A stretch of 64,000 nucleotides of DNA from Phallusia mammillata (taxonomy: Eukaryota): contig OZ281497.1 in assembly GCA_965637545.1 (NCBI GenBank), positions 19,654,001 through 19,718,000 of the forward strand. The letters run 5' to 3'. Positions within the stretch are counted from its first letter, which is position 1, and the number at the start of each line of letters is the position of its first letter. The notes beneath the pieces are model-generated. The model was not told the DNA's origin. It saw only the letters and a program-made list of their open reading frames with translations, and searched no databases. The translations under genes and the position numbers were made by a program. Below, piece after piece: positions 38,901 through 50,918 of this stretch.

Positions 38901-39861
38901 TTTGGTCCGGTTTTACTTGGACCTGTCAATGCAAGCCTTGGCAATGGGTGAGTTTTCTAAGATATATCCATCGGTTTTTGTAAGCACAATACCGAATATA
39001 AACTTGTTTTAATAGTTGAAGGAGCTCAAATTAACAGCTGAAGTGGAAAAAATGTTTGTTGTATTTTTTCGTTTCAGAATCGACCTCAGCGCTGCTATCG
39101 GCTTCAAGAGACACATTCAAGTGTTGAATTACATGCTTTCAAACTGGCCAAGTGAGCCGGTTGCTGTTCCTAGAGCTCCGTCACCCGAAACTAATGATAC
39201 TGCAGGTACAGCTGGCTTTTTTACATGCATCCCACGCAAAACCTAGAGCATATAGAGGCGTGCATTGACAATTTTAACGTTTTAGAATTAGTTCGTTTTT
39301 ATTCTTGCCGGAATGTCTTGTAAATCTGTAAATTTTATATCAATTTTATGCACAAAAGTCTACATTAAATATACATTTGTTGGTTTATAGGGTGTTTACG
39401 TGTGGATTTCTTTATTTTCATTTTCTCACTCAACAGAAAATCGAAACTCCGTAAATCGGATGAGCTGTGTGAGCCTCACGCGACGTTTAAGCCGGGTGTT
39501 TATCGTGGATGAGAGCGAGGCTCGTACAGATGATGCCGCGTTGCCTAGTAACTGCACCGACAAACGAGGGACTCTGATCAGCATGGGACGGAGCGAGTCA
39601 TTGGTAGCAATATTGTATTTGTTTAAATATAGCGTGACCTTTGCGCCAACCACCAAATCATTAAAAAGGCATTTGTAGAAGTTCCATTTTGTTGACCAAG
39701 TTGGTTTCACCTTACTGCAAAGGGATAGAACGTGTTCTAATTTTGTTACATTTGGTTTTACGAATATTTATTTTTTTCAGACCAGTATACTGGAAACATC
39801 CGACCAGTTTGAAGATCCTCAACTCGATTTACGTAGGATGCAAGAATCAGAAGACTTGTGA
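29995..39861 (+). CDS. SYDE2: SYD-1/SYDE/RhoGAP100F-like Rho GTPase-activating protein with PDZ, C2 and RhoGAP domains (~1374 aa)
   Basis: Exons 29995-30261, 30358-32073, 32215-32587, 33174-33291, 33462-33639, 33922-34063, 34133-34287, 35232-35420, 35508-35654, 37516-37642, 38077-38169, 38650-38947, 39078-39151 (alternative donor at 39205), 39437-39603, 39781-39861; phases are consistent. Motifs: [24 protein letters not shown]; C2 ending [13 protein letters not shown]; [78 protein letters not shown]. The last two exons are less certain. Confidence 0.88.
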
Positions 39862-42090
39862 TATCAGGGCCTTTTCGTCCATCTGTAAGTATGCTTCTAA
39901 GTTTGTTTAGAGAGATTTTAAAGATTAGACATTTTCAAAGATAAAGATTAGACATTTTCAACCGCTAAATAGTGGTCAATCGGACGGTTTGTGTATTTTT
40001 TCTTACTCCTACCGAACTACTGTCACCGAAGCAGCTATGTTTTGGTATAAATAAAATAAACAGCGGGCTTAAAAATATAGACACTGCAACCACAATTAAA
40101 AAAACAGCACAATAGATAAGCCAAGCTAGACTGATCAGTGTGCAAATTGTGCTTTGGGTCTTTCTTACAAAACCTTTTATTCAGGTGGATGCGTCAAGCT
40201 GGTTCCAACACATGTATATAACCCGAACGGAACGTCTTCGACCACGAGTCTCTTACAGATGAAAAGTCACAAAGAAGAACATCTTACTCTTGTGCCAAAC
40301 ACTTGTTTTTATAGATCACTTGTTCCATACATAGATTTCTATATATTCCGCCCGTCGTGGCGTCGCCTTCTCTTCATACATCGACTGACCATTGATGCCA
40401 CAAGTCACATTGTTTAACGCTTCGCGAGTAGATTGGTTTGTGTTTTTTATACTGTCACAAGATTTTACGGTGCGTGTTTTATTTTTAAGGTGCTACTTTT
40501 GCCGATCCGTGCCTTAGGTGCATTGTTCTGATTCTATATTGTGTATGCGTGTAGAGCTATGTGTTTCAGTTAGCGTCGACGAGCTTGATGCGACAAACGA
40601 CGCTCTCTGTCGCCCTCAAGTGATATAGTCGTAGAGTGACAAACCGCGGTGGGTTAGGGAGCTTACATAGGAACTTGTATCATGTTGACTTGGCGAAGTC
40701 CCATCTTTGGATCATGTTGATCAAAATCTTTTTTAACTTTCATGATTGCTAACTCCGATTTTTTTGTACATTGCCAATTTTTGCGCCCGCCCTGAAGCGC
40801 TGTGTTAGATATTACACAGCATTCTTTGTCGATTGTGTCTCTTATCGCTCGCGCTTTGTATCATTCTGATTTTCGCCGTTCTGGCCACGCTAAATCAAAC
40901 TGAATAGAAAATAAGTCAGCACAGTTAACTATTTAACCCCGTTGTAACCCTAAACATATACTTTTCCATCACTTTAATTGTTCAAAAGAAACTTAACCAC
41001 ACATTAAAATTGTGGTTGCAGGCATAACCTCTTATGAGTGCATTGCTCTATAACACGATTTGTTCATCATGCTTTAGTCAACGTAAAACCGTCGAAGCCT
41101 TTCTTTTTTCTGCAGATGCGTACCCCCTGGCCGTTTCTAATAGTAAACCTCACAATTCTGCTGGTATCTTGCCCACACGCGTTGGCTTTGCTCGCCAAGC
41201 CATAGACGAGGTACCTCCCTTATACACTTTAGCGCACACGGTACAACCCCACACATGCCCGTAATCTCTCCGCGTGCATCTTATTATTCCGATTACCTTC
41301 GTGTACAAACCGCTTGGCGCAAGAAAATGAATTCAAATCCCTAACTACCTCGCATAGCGCTGTGCCCGACCTCGCCATTGTACAGTATTACATTCTCCAT
41401 GTACTGCGGACATTGCATATTGGCGGGGGGCACACAGGCAGAAGCGTGCGTTTTCTTTCGGTACACAAGATGTTCATATCTTTGTTTTTCCACAGCATGC
41501 TTTTCGTTCTTTGTAACTGCCTAATAATAATAATAATAAAAAGCATGCATCTGTGCTTCGTTTTTTTGTAATATTGCTTGTGCGTTCGGAAATTTAGCTA
41601 CTCCGAATCACTGCAGTTTTGCAATACAAGATAGACCGAATTCCTTAAAACAAGTGCAGATACGACTTCATCTCCAGTTATAAGGCATTTTACCATATAG
41701 CCTACGGACTTATGGCACAGCGGTATGGGTGTGCCGATATGTAAGGTTGGTTTACACCTTGGTTACGAAACCAATGCTCTGTTCTGTCAAACCATAAATA
41801 TGCAAGAGATATGCTCAGACATAGGAAAGCCTTGCTGGTCGCACAAAGTCTATACTTGCAAGATTCTGAATACAGCCTTAGATGTTCTTTATTAAAGGTT
41901 TGATCATGTCAACCTTACCAAAGTATAAAATGATGTTGGTGGTTTGGTAGGCAAAAAATCTGAACAAATTGACAATGGATACAGAACGACTGGAATATCC
42001 ATAATATCTGGGTTTGGGTGCAGTAAACATAATTTGAAAGCAAAACTGCATAAGGTTTGATTGGAAAATACAAAGATTTGGAGACTTGTA

Positions 42091-45000
42091 TCAGTTGACA
42101 AGCGAAACAACGATCTCATTGAGTGTCTCGGCAAAGTTTTCAAATGAAAATCGTTCGACGACACGAGCCCTCCCAGCTTCTCCCATCGTCTCCACGAGAT
42201 CCGGGTTCTGCATCAGTTTTAACCTGCAACCAAACAACATTTTGCGTGAAGCTTTAACGCTTGCATTTTTACGAGATTTGTACCAACGACGCTCCGATCA
42301 AGTTTTTAACGTCTGAATTTGGGTCAAGCGCCCCAGACCATTCGGCCAAATGGGTGGCATGATGCTTAAAACTTAATGAACTACTAAAGTAAGCCTAATG
42401 GGTAAAACCTTACTATACAACTGTGTGCTGTATGCTATTTTATCACTGCTTCACACTTGATACGGTTTTCAATAATTACGAAATAAAGCGGGACAAAAAA
42501 TCAAGATCTAAGTCGGGTTCAAGTTTTTATGCTTGGTATCTTGTCGATAAAGCAAAGCACCAGGCATTTGAATCTCTTTAATTTCTGTAACTCGAATATT
42601 CGTTTAGGCATGAGTCATGACTTGGGACTGGGGACCTTAAACAGTGGGTAAATTTGTTCTCAGGATACAATCAGACATGCTTTGAGGGTAAACTAAAGTG
42701 AGTAAATATTTTGCCGTTACAAAAAGCAGCCTCTCTCATAAACCGTTGCAACATTGCTATACGTGATTCACCAGTCACCCTTGTTTGTAAATGAATAGTT
42801 CAATATATTCACCTGACGGCTTTCTATTCGGATCAACAGTCATTTGCCGCTCGTATACACGACAAAGTTGCATGCAAATTTCTCAAGTACTCACATAGCG
42901 GTCGCAAAACTTTCTGAATTCGGAGGACGAAGAAATCCAGTTTGGCCGTCGGCAATTGTTTCAAGCGGTCCACCACTGTTTACCGCAATAACTGGTTTCT
43001 GGAAAAGTAACGTGCGGATTAAACAGTTGTGCCGAAAGCAAATTTGTTTTGTGCCTTGTTTATTTATTCATTCCCTATCTATAGTTTGTTTTTAGCAACT
43101 CAAGGTAAACAAGATGTATTTTTAACAACCAAAAAATAACTGCACTTAAATGAATGTACGCAAGTCGGTTTTATGCGGTCAAAAACACTTAGAAAACTAT
43201 TTCGATTCCGTCTATGCACTGAAGGACTTCAAGACCCACCGGCAGACGAGTCGATTGCGTTGTGCAACAACCAAGCTATTTTAGTCGTGCAAAAAAATCT
43301 GTCTGTTTATGCAAGCAGTTACGATTTTGAGGAAACCTATTAATGTCAGGATTGGTTTCTACCTAAAGTTATAAAAGTAACATGTTTTTATTACCAAGCA
43401 ATTGAAATTACACAAACGTGATTTTTTTATGTGAAAGGACAATAATAGTTCACGTCGTGCATGCGAATGTGTCAGTGCCCAATAAAAATGCAATTATTTC
43501 GGTCACGCATTATTCCTGAAAGCAAAAACGAAACAACATATCGGGCAATGGCAAAGTATGGTATGGTTCATTGTCTATACAAGTATGGTTCATTGTCTAG
43601 TTACTTCGCTGTACGATGGCGAAAACGAACCAAATACAATATTTTTACAGGATAAAAGTTCCTTTCTAATGCATAAATGACGAGTATAAAAGTTCCTTTT
43701 TTAGCTCGTTTTATTTTTTGTAGCAAGCATACACTCCGAACTGGGGGCTTATACATGAGATCTTTAACGCCGTGAGTAGCTGGTTTTACTGAGGGATGGT
43801 AAACCATTGGCCGTAACCATTTTCCAAGTACGTCATCGTGCTTGTAGCAAACAATACACCCTGCACTATGGGTTAATCCAGTGATTTTCAACAGGTGTTT
43901 CGCAAGAAATTTGTTAATTTGACTGGTGTTCGATGGAAAACCGGTCGAAATTCACTGGTTTATACAATTGGTGAAAAAAAGCTTTTCTTTCAGGAAAGTA
44001 GTCGCATTCAACAATTTTAATGTTTCGTCGGTTTGCTTGATTTATTGTAGTGTAATATTTAAATTCCTTGTAAAATGTTAAGGTGGTAATTGCGTTGGTG
44101 TTCCGCAAGATTATTTAACGCATTAAGTGTTTTGTGGCTTCCGAAACGTTGAAAAACAATGGGTTAATCCATACAACAAGTGTTCATTCCTACTATTTGC
44201 TAGTTTATCGCGATTCGCGAGGTTTAGTAATCAATACATAAATGATATGAGGTTAGGTTGTATAGATCCTCACCTTCAAGTACATTGCCTCGATGGGAAC
44301 GATGCCAAAATGCTCATTGTGTGGAGTGTAAAGTACACCAGTTGCACGGCGATACAAGGCCACCTTCTTCTGATTGGAAATGGACTGCAGAAATGACACC
44401 TTATCGTCTACTTTAAGCTTCTCTGCAAAACACAAAGGCAAAACTGCGGTAATAAATCGATTTCGTAAGGGAATCTAAAATTTACTTTTCTCAAACATGC
44501 TGAAACTTTTTTAAAAAGGTTCTCTAATACGTTAAATATTTAACACCAAGTTTCTCTAATCCACTGAACATTTAACATCAAGTGTCTTTAACCCTCTGAT
44601 TCCCATTACCTTACAAACATTTTGCATACTTTCATTTACCCCCAAAGGGACATGTTTACCAATTTAAGGTATTTTTATCGGTTGAGAACCTTAGTCTTGG
44701 GATAATTGCGTTTCAAAAACGAGTAAAATTTGGAAATGTCTAATAATAATGTGTCATTTTCAGCTACAGCGCACCACGATAACAATATGCGTACATAAAA
44801 CCATCGAAACCGAAAATTCACAAACATATAGGTATGGGAGTATATTAAGTTGGCTTTTACAACAATCTGTTAGTCTTGAACGTCACCTACATGTGCTGCA
44901 AATGGCGGCAGAAACATGGCAGTCAGCGAGGCGAACCACGACACAACATTTGACCTTAATCGGGTTTTTAAAAGTGCTGGATGTACAAGGTCATAGCACG

Positions 45001-48000
45001 AAAGCCCAAGAGCCGTAAATTACCCGTAATACAAGTTTGCGGTAACTTTTTACTGCTAGGCGACTTCTCAAGTTAAAACAATGCACATAGTTGTGTTTAC
45101 GGAAACGGTGGGTGAAAACTTGACCCTAAATGCGGCTTTGAAGAACGAAGCGAGTAGTCGCAAGACTTGTTTGTTGTTAGAGATTTGCAGTACAAACAAG
45201 GCTTAAAAGCAAAAATGAGAGCAATGCGACGGGTTACGTTCCTTTTTGTGACCATACACAAACCAATTACAAACATATTTTCTACAGTAAAAAATCACTT
45301 ATCAGACAGAATTGCCATAGAAAACAGACTGTGACTCGGTAGAGCTACTAACACCATGACGAGAATCAGAACTTCGCTTTCACAAGGGGGCGTAAAGAGC
45401 TGAATTTTTTTTATAAAATGGGTTGGGTTGGGAAATATTTACATAAAATTTTTACATTAGTAACTAATTTTTTGGGTTGGTTTTATCGAATTTTAAGTGC
45501 TAATACCTTACCCCGACCCTAATAGCCCTAACCGTGAGTATTTTTGGAGATATAACCAATCAAATTTGGGGGGTGATTCTCGTTGTGGTGTTAGTAGCTC
45601 TACCCTGTGACTCATGCCCCTAATAATAAAATACGCAAAAGCGACACGTATAAGAAAACTTGGGCTGTAAAAAATGCAAACAATGTGACTGCAATGAATG
45701 CTAATGCCCCGTGATTTGCAGAGAAGAACAAAAACAACAATAAAAGTATTAATCGCCTGTCTGTACGTCACTTCCGAAACGCGTTTTGACTGATATGTAA
45801 TCAAACAAGTCAATTTGTTCATACTCGGTACAAACCTATGAAGCAAACGCTTTAGGCATGTTTGACAAACAGGGTTACCGTTTTTCCGCTAATAGATCAT
45901 TTTGTTTATATCAAAAGCGATCTACATACTAAAAACCACATCTAAACAATAATTCAACATTTTCAACAATTGCACCCCTCTTTAAATCCCCATTTTTCAA
46001 AATCGTTGATTTTTGCATTACGGCAAGTTGCCGTAACACCAAACTGCAAAAAAGACGATTTATCGGATTACAAAACGCGGTTTCTTAAACACACGATTAG
46101 CGCCGAAGTACGTGCACTGTCTGTTTAAGCTGCTGTAATGCATCTCTTCGGGCAAGTCCCATGATTCAGAATTGTGGTTTCGTTACGAGCAAAACGGTTT
46201 CAAATTGCAAGGCCGACCAAAGCGGTTGTATTTCTTGTTTATCTGAATAAACGGAACTAGCCTTGTTTTTGCCCGGTCGTTTTACACATTGCCTGAAAAA
46301 CATGATTACTTCCCTCCATGCTACGACCAGTTGCCCTAATTTCCTGTGCACACGTGATAAACCGGCAGGAACAACGAATGTCGAAACATTTGCTTTAACA
46401 CAGACAGGACGATGTTAGTGTAAATACATAAATTATGCGATGGACGTCGATGGTTTGTTTATATGTGGCCATGATTATCCGCCTATGCTGTGAATAACAA
46501 TATCAAGGAAAGCAGATCACGCAAATGGGGCGTAAGCGCCGTAAAAGCACTGCTATTTGTTTAGTCAGAAGCATGACCCACATTGACATGGCGGTTACCA
46601 CCCACAACGGACAAACTTCTATGTTTTGATGCTTTAGTCGCTTTATAAGAAATTCTATCTTTCAAGATATGCCATTATCCTGACGAAGACGTCTCCTATG
46701 GGGCGCCGAAACGTCCATTATTTATGATAAAACTGCTAGAAGAGTAATACACCCGTATAAACACTTCTAAAGCGTTTCTAGATTAACTGTTGAAATATCG
46801 ATTGTCGTGATGTTCACAATAAAAGTCAACTTACCGGCCAATTTTGACAGCTCCCTGTAATGGTTAACGTTTTCCTCGACTCGTTGGTCGTAACCACCCG
46901 CCATCACAAGATGAACTTTTTTCCACTCGGCATCGGTGACCCGGTCGCGAACAAGATCTGCAACAAACAACTAAATTGTTGATGAGTGATGAACACGAGC
47001 AAAACAAGGTGAAATGGGAATTTTCACACGTCCTAAGATAGTTGCGCATGCGCAGACGTTGTTTCCCATGACATAGCATGATTGAACAAATGACTCGGAG
47101 ACTTGAGGTTTAAAAATAGAAAAAAAACGTGAAACATATGACTCCTTCGGGAGCGTTTCAAAAAGCGACCTATTTCCGATGGAATTTTTATGGCTAATAT
47201 GTGCTTCCGGTCTGTGAAATACTACCAATGTGTTTACCCGAAATATTTCGAGGACAATAGTAGAAACACCAAAGAAAACGTTGCTATAAAAGGAATTCTA
47301 TGAAGGGAGCATGTGATTTTACTGCGACACGCACGTCACAGACAAAATCCGACACACAAACTAAAAAAGCAAATTGCTATTTGAGGGTCACATAAGCATG
47401 GGTCGATTTATCAACCTCGCTATAGGATTGGCAAAAGGTGCGTTTTAACGTACTTTGCGGGTGGAAACAATGCGCGCATTTTACGTCGCAGAATCGGCGG
47501 CACCGTAAATGGCCCACAAAACTGTACGCGTTTGCCACAGGTGAAAAAGGTCAAATTACAAGCACAACCAAGTTACGCCTGGTTGCGCCGTGTAAACAGG
47601 ATGACACAAATTGGACTAAACAATTGAAAAACCAAGGAGTGTTTAATATTTGGCTTTTTGAATAGAATATGACAGAGCAAAATTTTTCACACTTTTCAGT
47701 CCCACAAATCTAAAATTTGGCAAATAATCTAAAAAAAAAACTTAGAAAAACGAAGGTCCTTATATAGTCGTTTGGCATGTGTCCAGTGTTATTTTTTTGG
47801 AGTTGATAGAAGGGTTGCGTAATGTGCTCAGGGTGACCAGAAATACTTGGCAGGGGTTATTAGTTAAATAAACAAGGCGGTTGCTAATGAAGTGAAGTGT
47901 TAGATTTGGTGCCGTTTCACCCACAACACGCACCCACGTAACAAGAGCAGGTAAAATTGTTGTCCGGTCATCATTTTTTTAGCGGTGTCACATTGTAAAA

Positions 48001-50245
48001 TGTCAGGTAAATTTTCTTTTCCTGCCAACCGTGGGCGACTTTTCTACGGTACACAACCTTACGTGGGCGAAATTAGGACAGGGCTCAGCTAGAAATAGTC
48101 AAAACACGATTCCCAAGCCGATGGCATGAAAATTGGCTGCCACGAAACGATAAATGGTTTGTGAAACCATGCTTGAGTGGAGTTTTCTGCTTGTCGTGGG
48201 TGCGACATTTCGAGAAGTTTCTTCTGAATGGGGACTATTGCCGAACTGGCGCCTTGAGGTTAATCAGCTTGTTTTTGGTATGTTTCATTTTTAATTTCGT
48301 TTTGTAAACTTGTTAAATTCTTGACCTTTTTATATAGCGTATCGTGTAACACAGCTTTAGCATATTTGGTACACTGTAAGCTAATATGCTACATACATAT
48401 CGCAGAAAACAACCTAAATAGAAAAAAAACTGTTCCAAATTTTCTGATAGCAAAACGTGCGCAACGAAAGGGCGCAAGTGACCTGTGTCCTGCCAAATAT
48501 CAGTAAAAGAGGGCAAAAAGTGTCTGGTTTACAAAAAGACTGACGATTTAATAGGGCGTGTGCTAAAAGCTAAATAAAAAAGTACCTAAAGCTTCTATCG
48601 CCAAGCTAAGATTCTTCTTGCGCTCGTAACGGTTAATTGAAAGGAAAACGTGCTCAGCTCGTGTCGGCAGACTGGACGAATCCAAACGGGTTGGCATCTG
48701 CATGACTTGATCGTAGTGCTTCGTATTAAGGCTTGGGTACAAAACGTGCGTCTCCATATCACGCAACGTCTTAAAAGTCTCTTTGAAGATTTTCTCTGGA
48801 CAAAACAAACACCAATCGTCATGATGACTGAAATTCAATTGGTATCACATGTCTTAATATATATGCAGTAAAAATACTATAAGTCAACCCAAACACTAAA
48901 AAAAGTATAGTATTCACAATTAATAGCGATCCACATATGCCTGCCAATACCAATTCTTTGTAAAAGCTTCTATTTAAGTTGGGTGGCTGAGCATTATGAA
49001 TAATGCTTGTTGATCCCATGAGTGAAAGTTCAAAGAAAGTTTAAGTTAGGATGACAAGATTTATTAAATACTTTCTCCCTGTAATTGATTTATTTCGTGA
49101 CACCAGTATGCCTTTGTTAAAGGTCAGAATCTGAAACATTTCTGGTTTGGAGGTAAAGCATATGGTAAATTGTTTGTTGTTATGGCATGCTCTGCTGAGC
49201 AAGCACTGGGGATTAACATTAAATTTTGCAATTACTGTCCGCTAACCTTTCACGACACTAAGTCCATCTACAATTAATAGGTGTGCATAAAGTATGTATG
49301 ACTAACCTGTAAATTGGCTGTTGACAAACAACATGTCCGACATGCCAGTAGATTTTTCTTCCAACCAATCAATTGGCATTCGATAAAGAGATTTAATTAA
49401 AGATGTTCGTTTTGTTAATAGCTGGTCTGGAAAGTGACAGTAGAAAACAATTTTGGCTTTGGTAAAGAACCTAAGAAAAGCAATACAAGCTTGTCATTTT
49501 GATTTTATAAAAGTACATATCTTTTCAAATTTCTTACTTCAAAAATGGTATACATGCAGAAATTTGATCACAAAATATGACATCTGGTTTCAGAGCTGAA
49601 ATCAATATGAGATAGAAAGAAATGTAAATCATTTTGAAGTAAGCCAAAAAGGCATGGAACATTCCAAACACACTGCGAGGAAGCCAGCCCCCGACCACAT
49701 TCACAGAAAATGTCCCATTCTTTGTTTCTGCAAAAAAACTCAAATTCAAATCATTGTTTTAGTACGTGACCATTCACAATTAAATGTCTTTAGTACATAT
49801 TTTGCGAATAGTGTCAACATAAGTATGTACACAGTTTAGGTGAATCATTACAGCTTTGTGTTTTTTAGGTTTTACATTTTAAATTTCATTCAATGTATTT
49901 ATTACATTGTATGATTGTGTGAAATTAAACATAATCACAATTCGCTTTTGTCTTTCATTTGTAAAAACTGAAATCGCTAAGAAATGTTTTTTACTAACAT
50001 AGCAATACCGTAAACCTATTAACAAAATTATTATATTATTTCTTTGCTAGCACAGCAACTGGAACCTAAATCAATGGGCAAAATGTAAAATCCAGACACA
50101 AACCTTCAAAGCAATGTTGTCGATCATGATGTCCGGTCATAAAACTGACCCGATGACCTTTTTCTTTGAGAGCAAGGGCGGCATCAACCACAAGACGTTC
50201 AGCACCACCGATGCCCAAATCAGGATGAATAAATACGATTTGCAT
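42091..50245 (-). CDS. ALG2: Alpha-1,3/1,6-mannosyltransferase ALG2 (404 aa)
   Basis: Exons 50245-50104, 49727-49538, 49470-49307, 48795-48586, 46957-46835, 44422-44274, 42998-42895, 42223-42091 (1215 nt). Motifs [85 protein letters not shown]. Confidence 0.96.
45338..45604. mobile_element. MITE with GG-starting TIRs and 9-bp TSD (Merlin- or Mutator-like), 267 bp
   Basis: 31-bp TIR GGTAGAGCTACTAACACCA(TG/CA)ACGAGAATCA (29 of 31 match); perfect TSD CTGTGACTC at 45329-45337 and 45605-45613. Confidence 0.9.
46672..46722 (+). ncRNA. Decayed minimal type-I hammerhead-ribozyme-like motif (Penelope-type)
   Basis: CUGACGA (46680-46686), hairpin GACGUCUC-CUAU-GGGGCGCC, GAAA (46708-46711), then CGUC. 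The first pair of stem I is a C-C mismatch. Confidence 0.4.
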
Positions 50246-50918
50246 TGCAAACGCGAAAAGTTTTTAATATACAACTGTACCTGCACAAAAGTGACACATG
50301 TTAGCACAACATCGTCGGCTAATTTCAACAAGCTGACTTAATAACTGGTTACAACGTGGCTGTTCACCACATAACATTCTGCCTTCAACTAAAGTCATGC
50401 CGCACTTTACTATCCTTTTCAGCTGATCGTTGTCACGAACGCATCACCGCGCATCGCAACTGGAGCGTGACGACAATTGCCACAACGTTTATCGGTATGA
50501 CGTCACCTTGGCTTTGCTGGTAATAATGAGTAACAACAGTGGATCCAAACGGCGACGGGGCCCAGAGAAAATTTGGCCAGTTAATACGAGCACCCCGACA
50601 AACCCATTTTGTTCGCATATCTTTTTGGTTTAAACATAAGTTTTTTTTAAACAGAAGCTAAAAATGTTTCTATTTTGCAACCGACGTGAACAAACGATTG
50701 TAGTCACAAATTATTTTTTTTACAAAGGAGGGTTTTGTAAAAGAAGATTGAAAAATATGCTGCTTTCATAAACAATGTGCTGCTTTTACAAAACCGAATT
50801 TCGATAGAAACTTGCTGTAATGTATTGTATTAGCAAACGGACACTTGAAAAAAGGCAACAAAACAGTTGGTAGAAAAATACGTTGTACAGTGGGTGAAGC
50901 TCCATTTATTTTTCATAT

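Noticed and set aside
41116-41205. Signal-peptide-like micro-ORF MRTPWPFLIVNLTILLVSCPHALALLAKP*
   Set aside because: Stops 5 residues after the putative cleavage site, with no processing motif; a different frame is at least as plausible.
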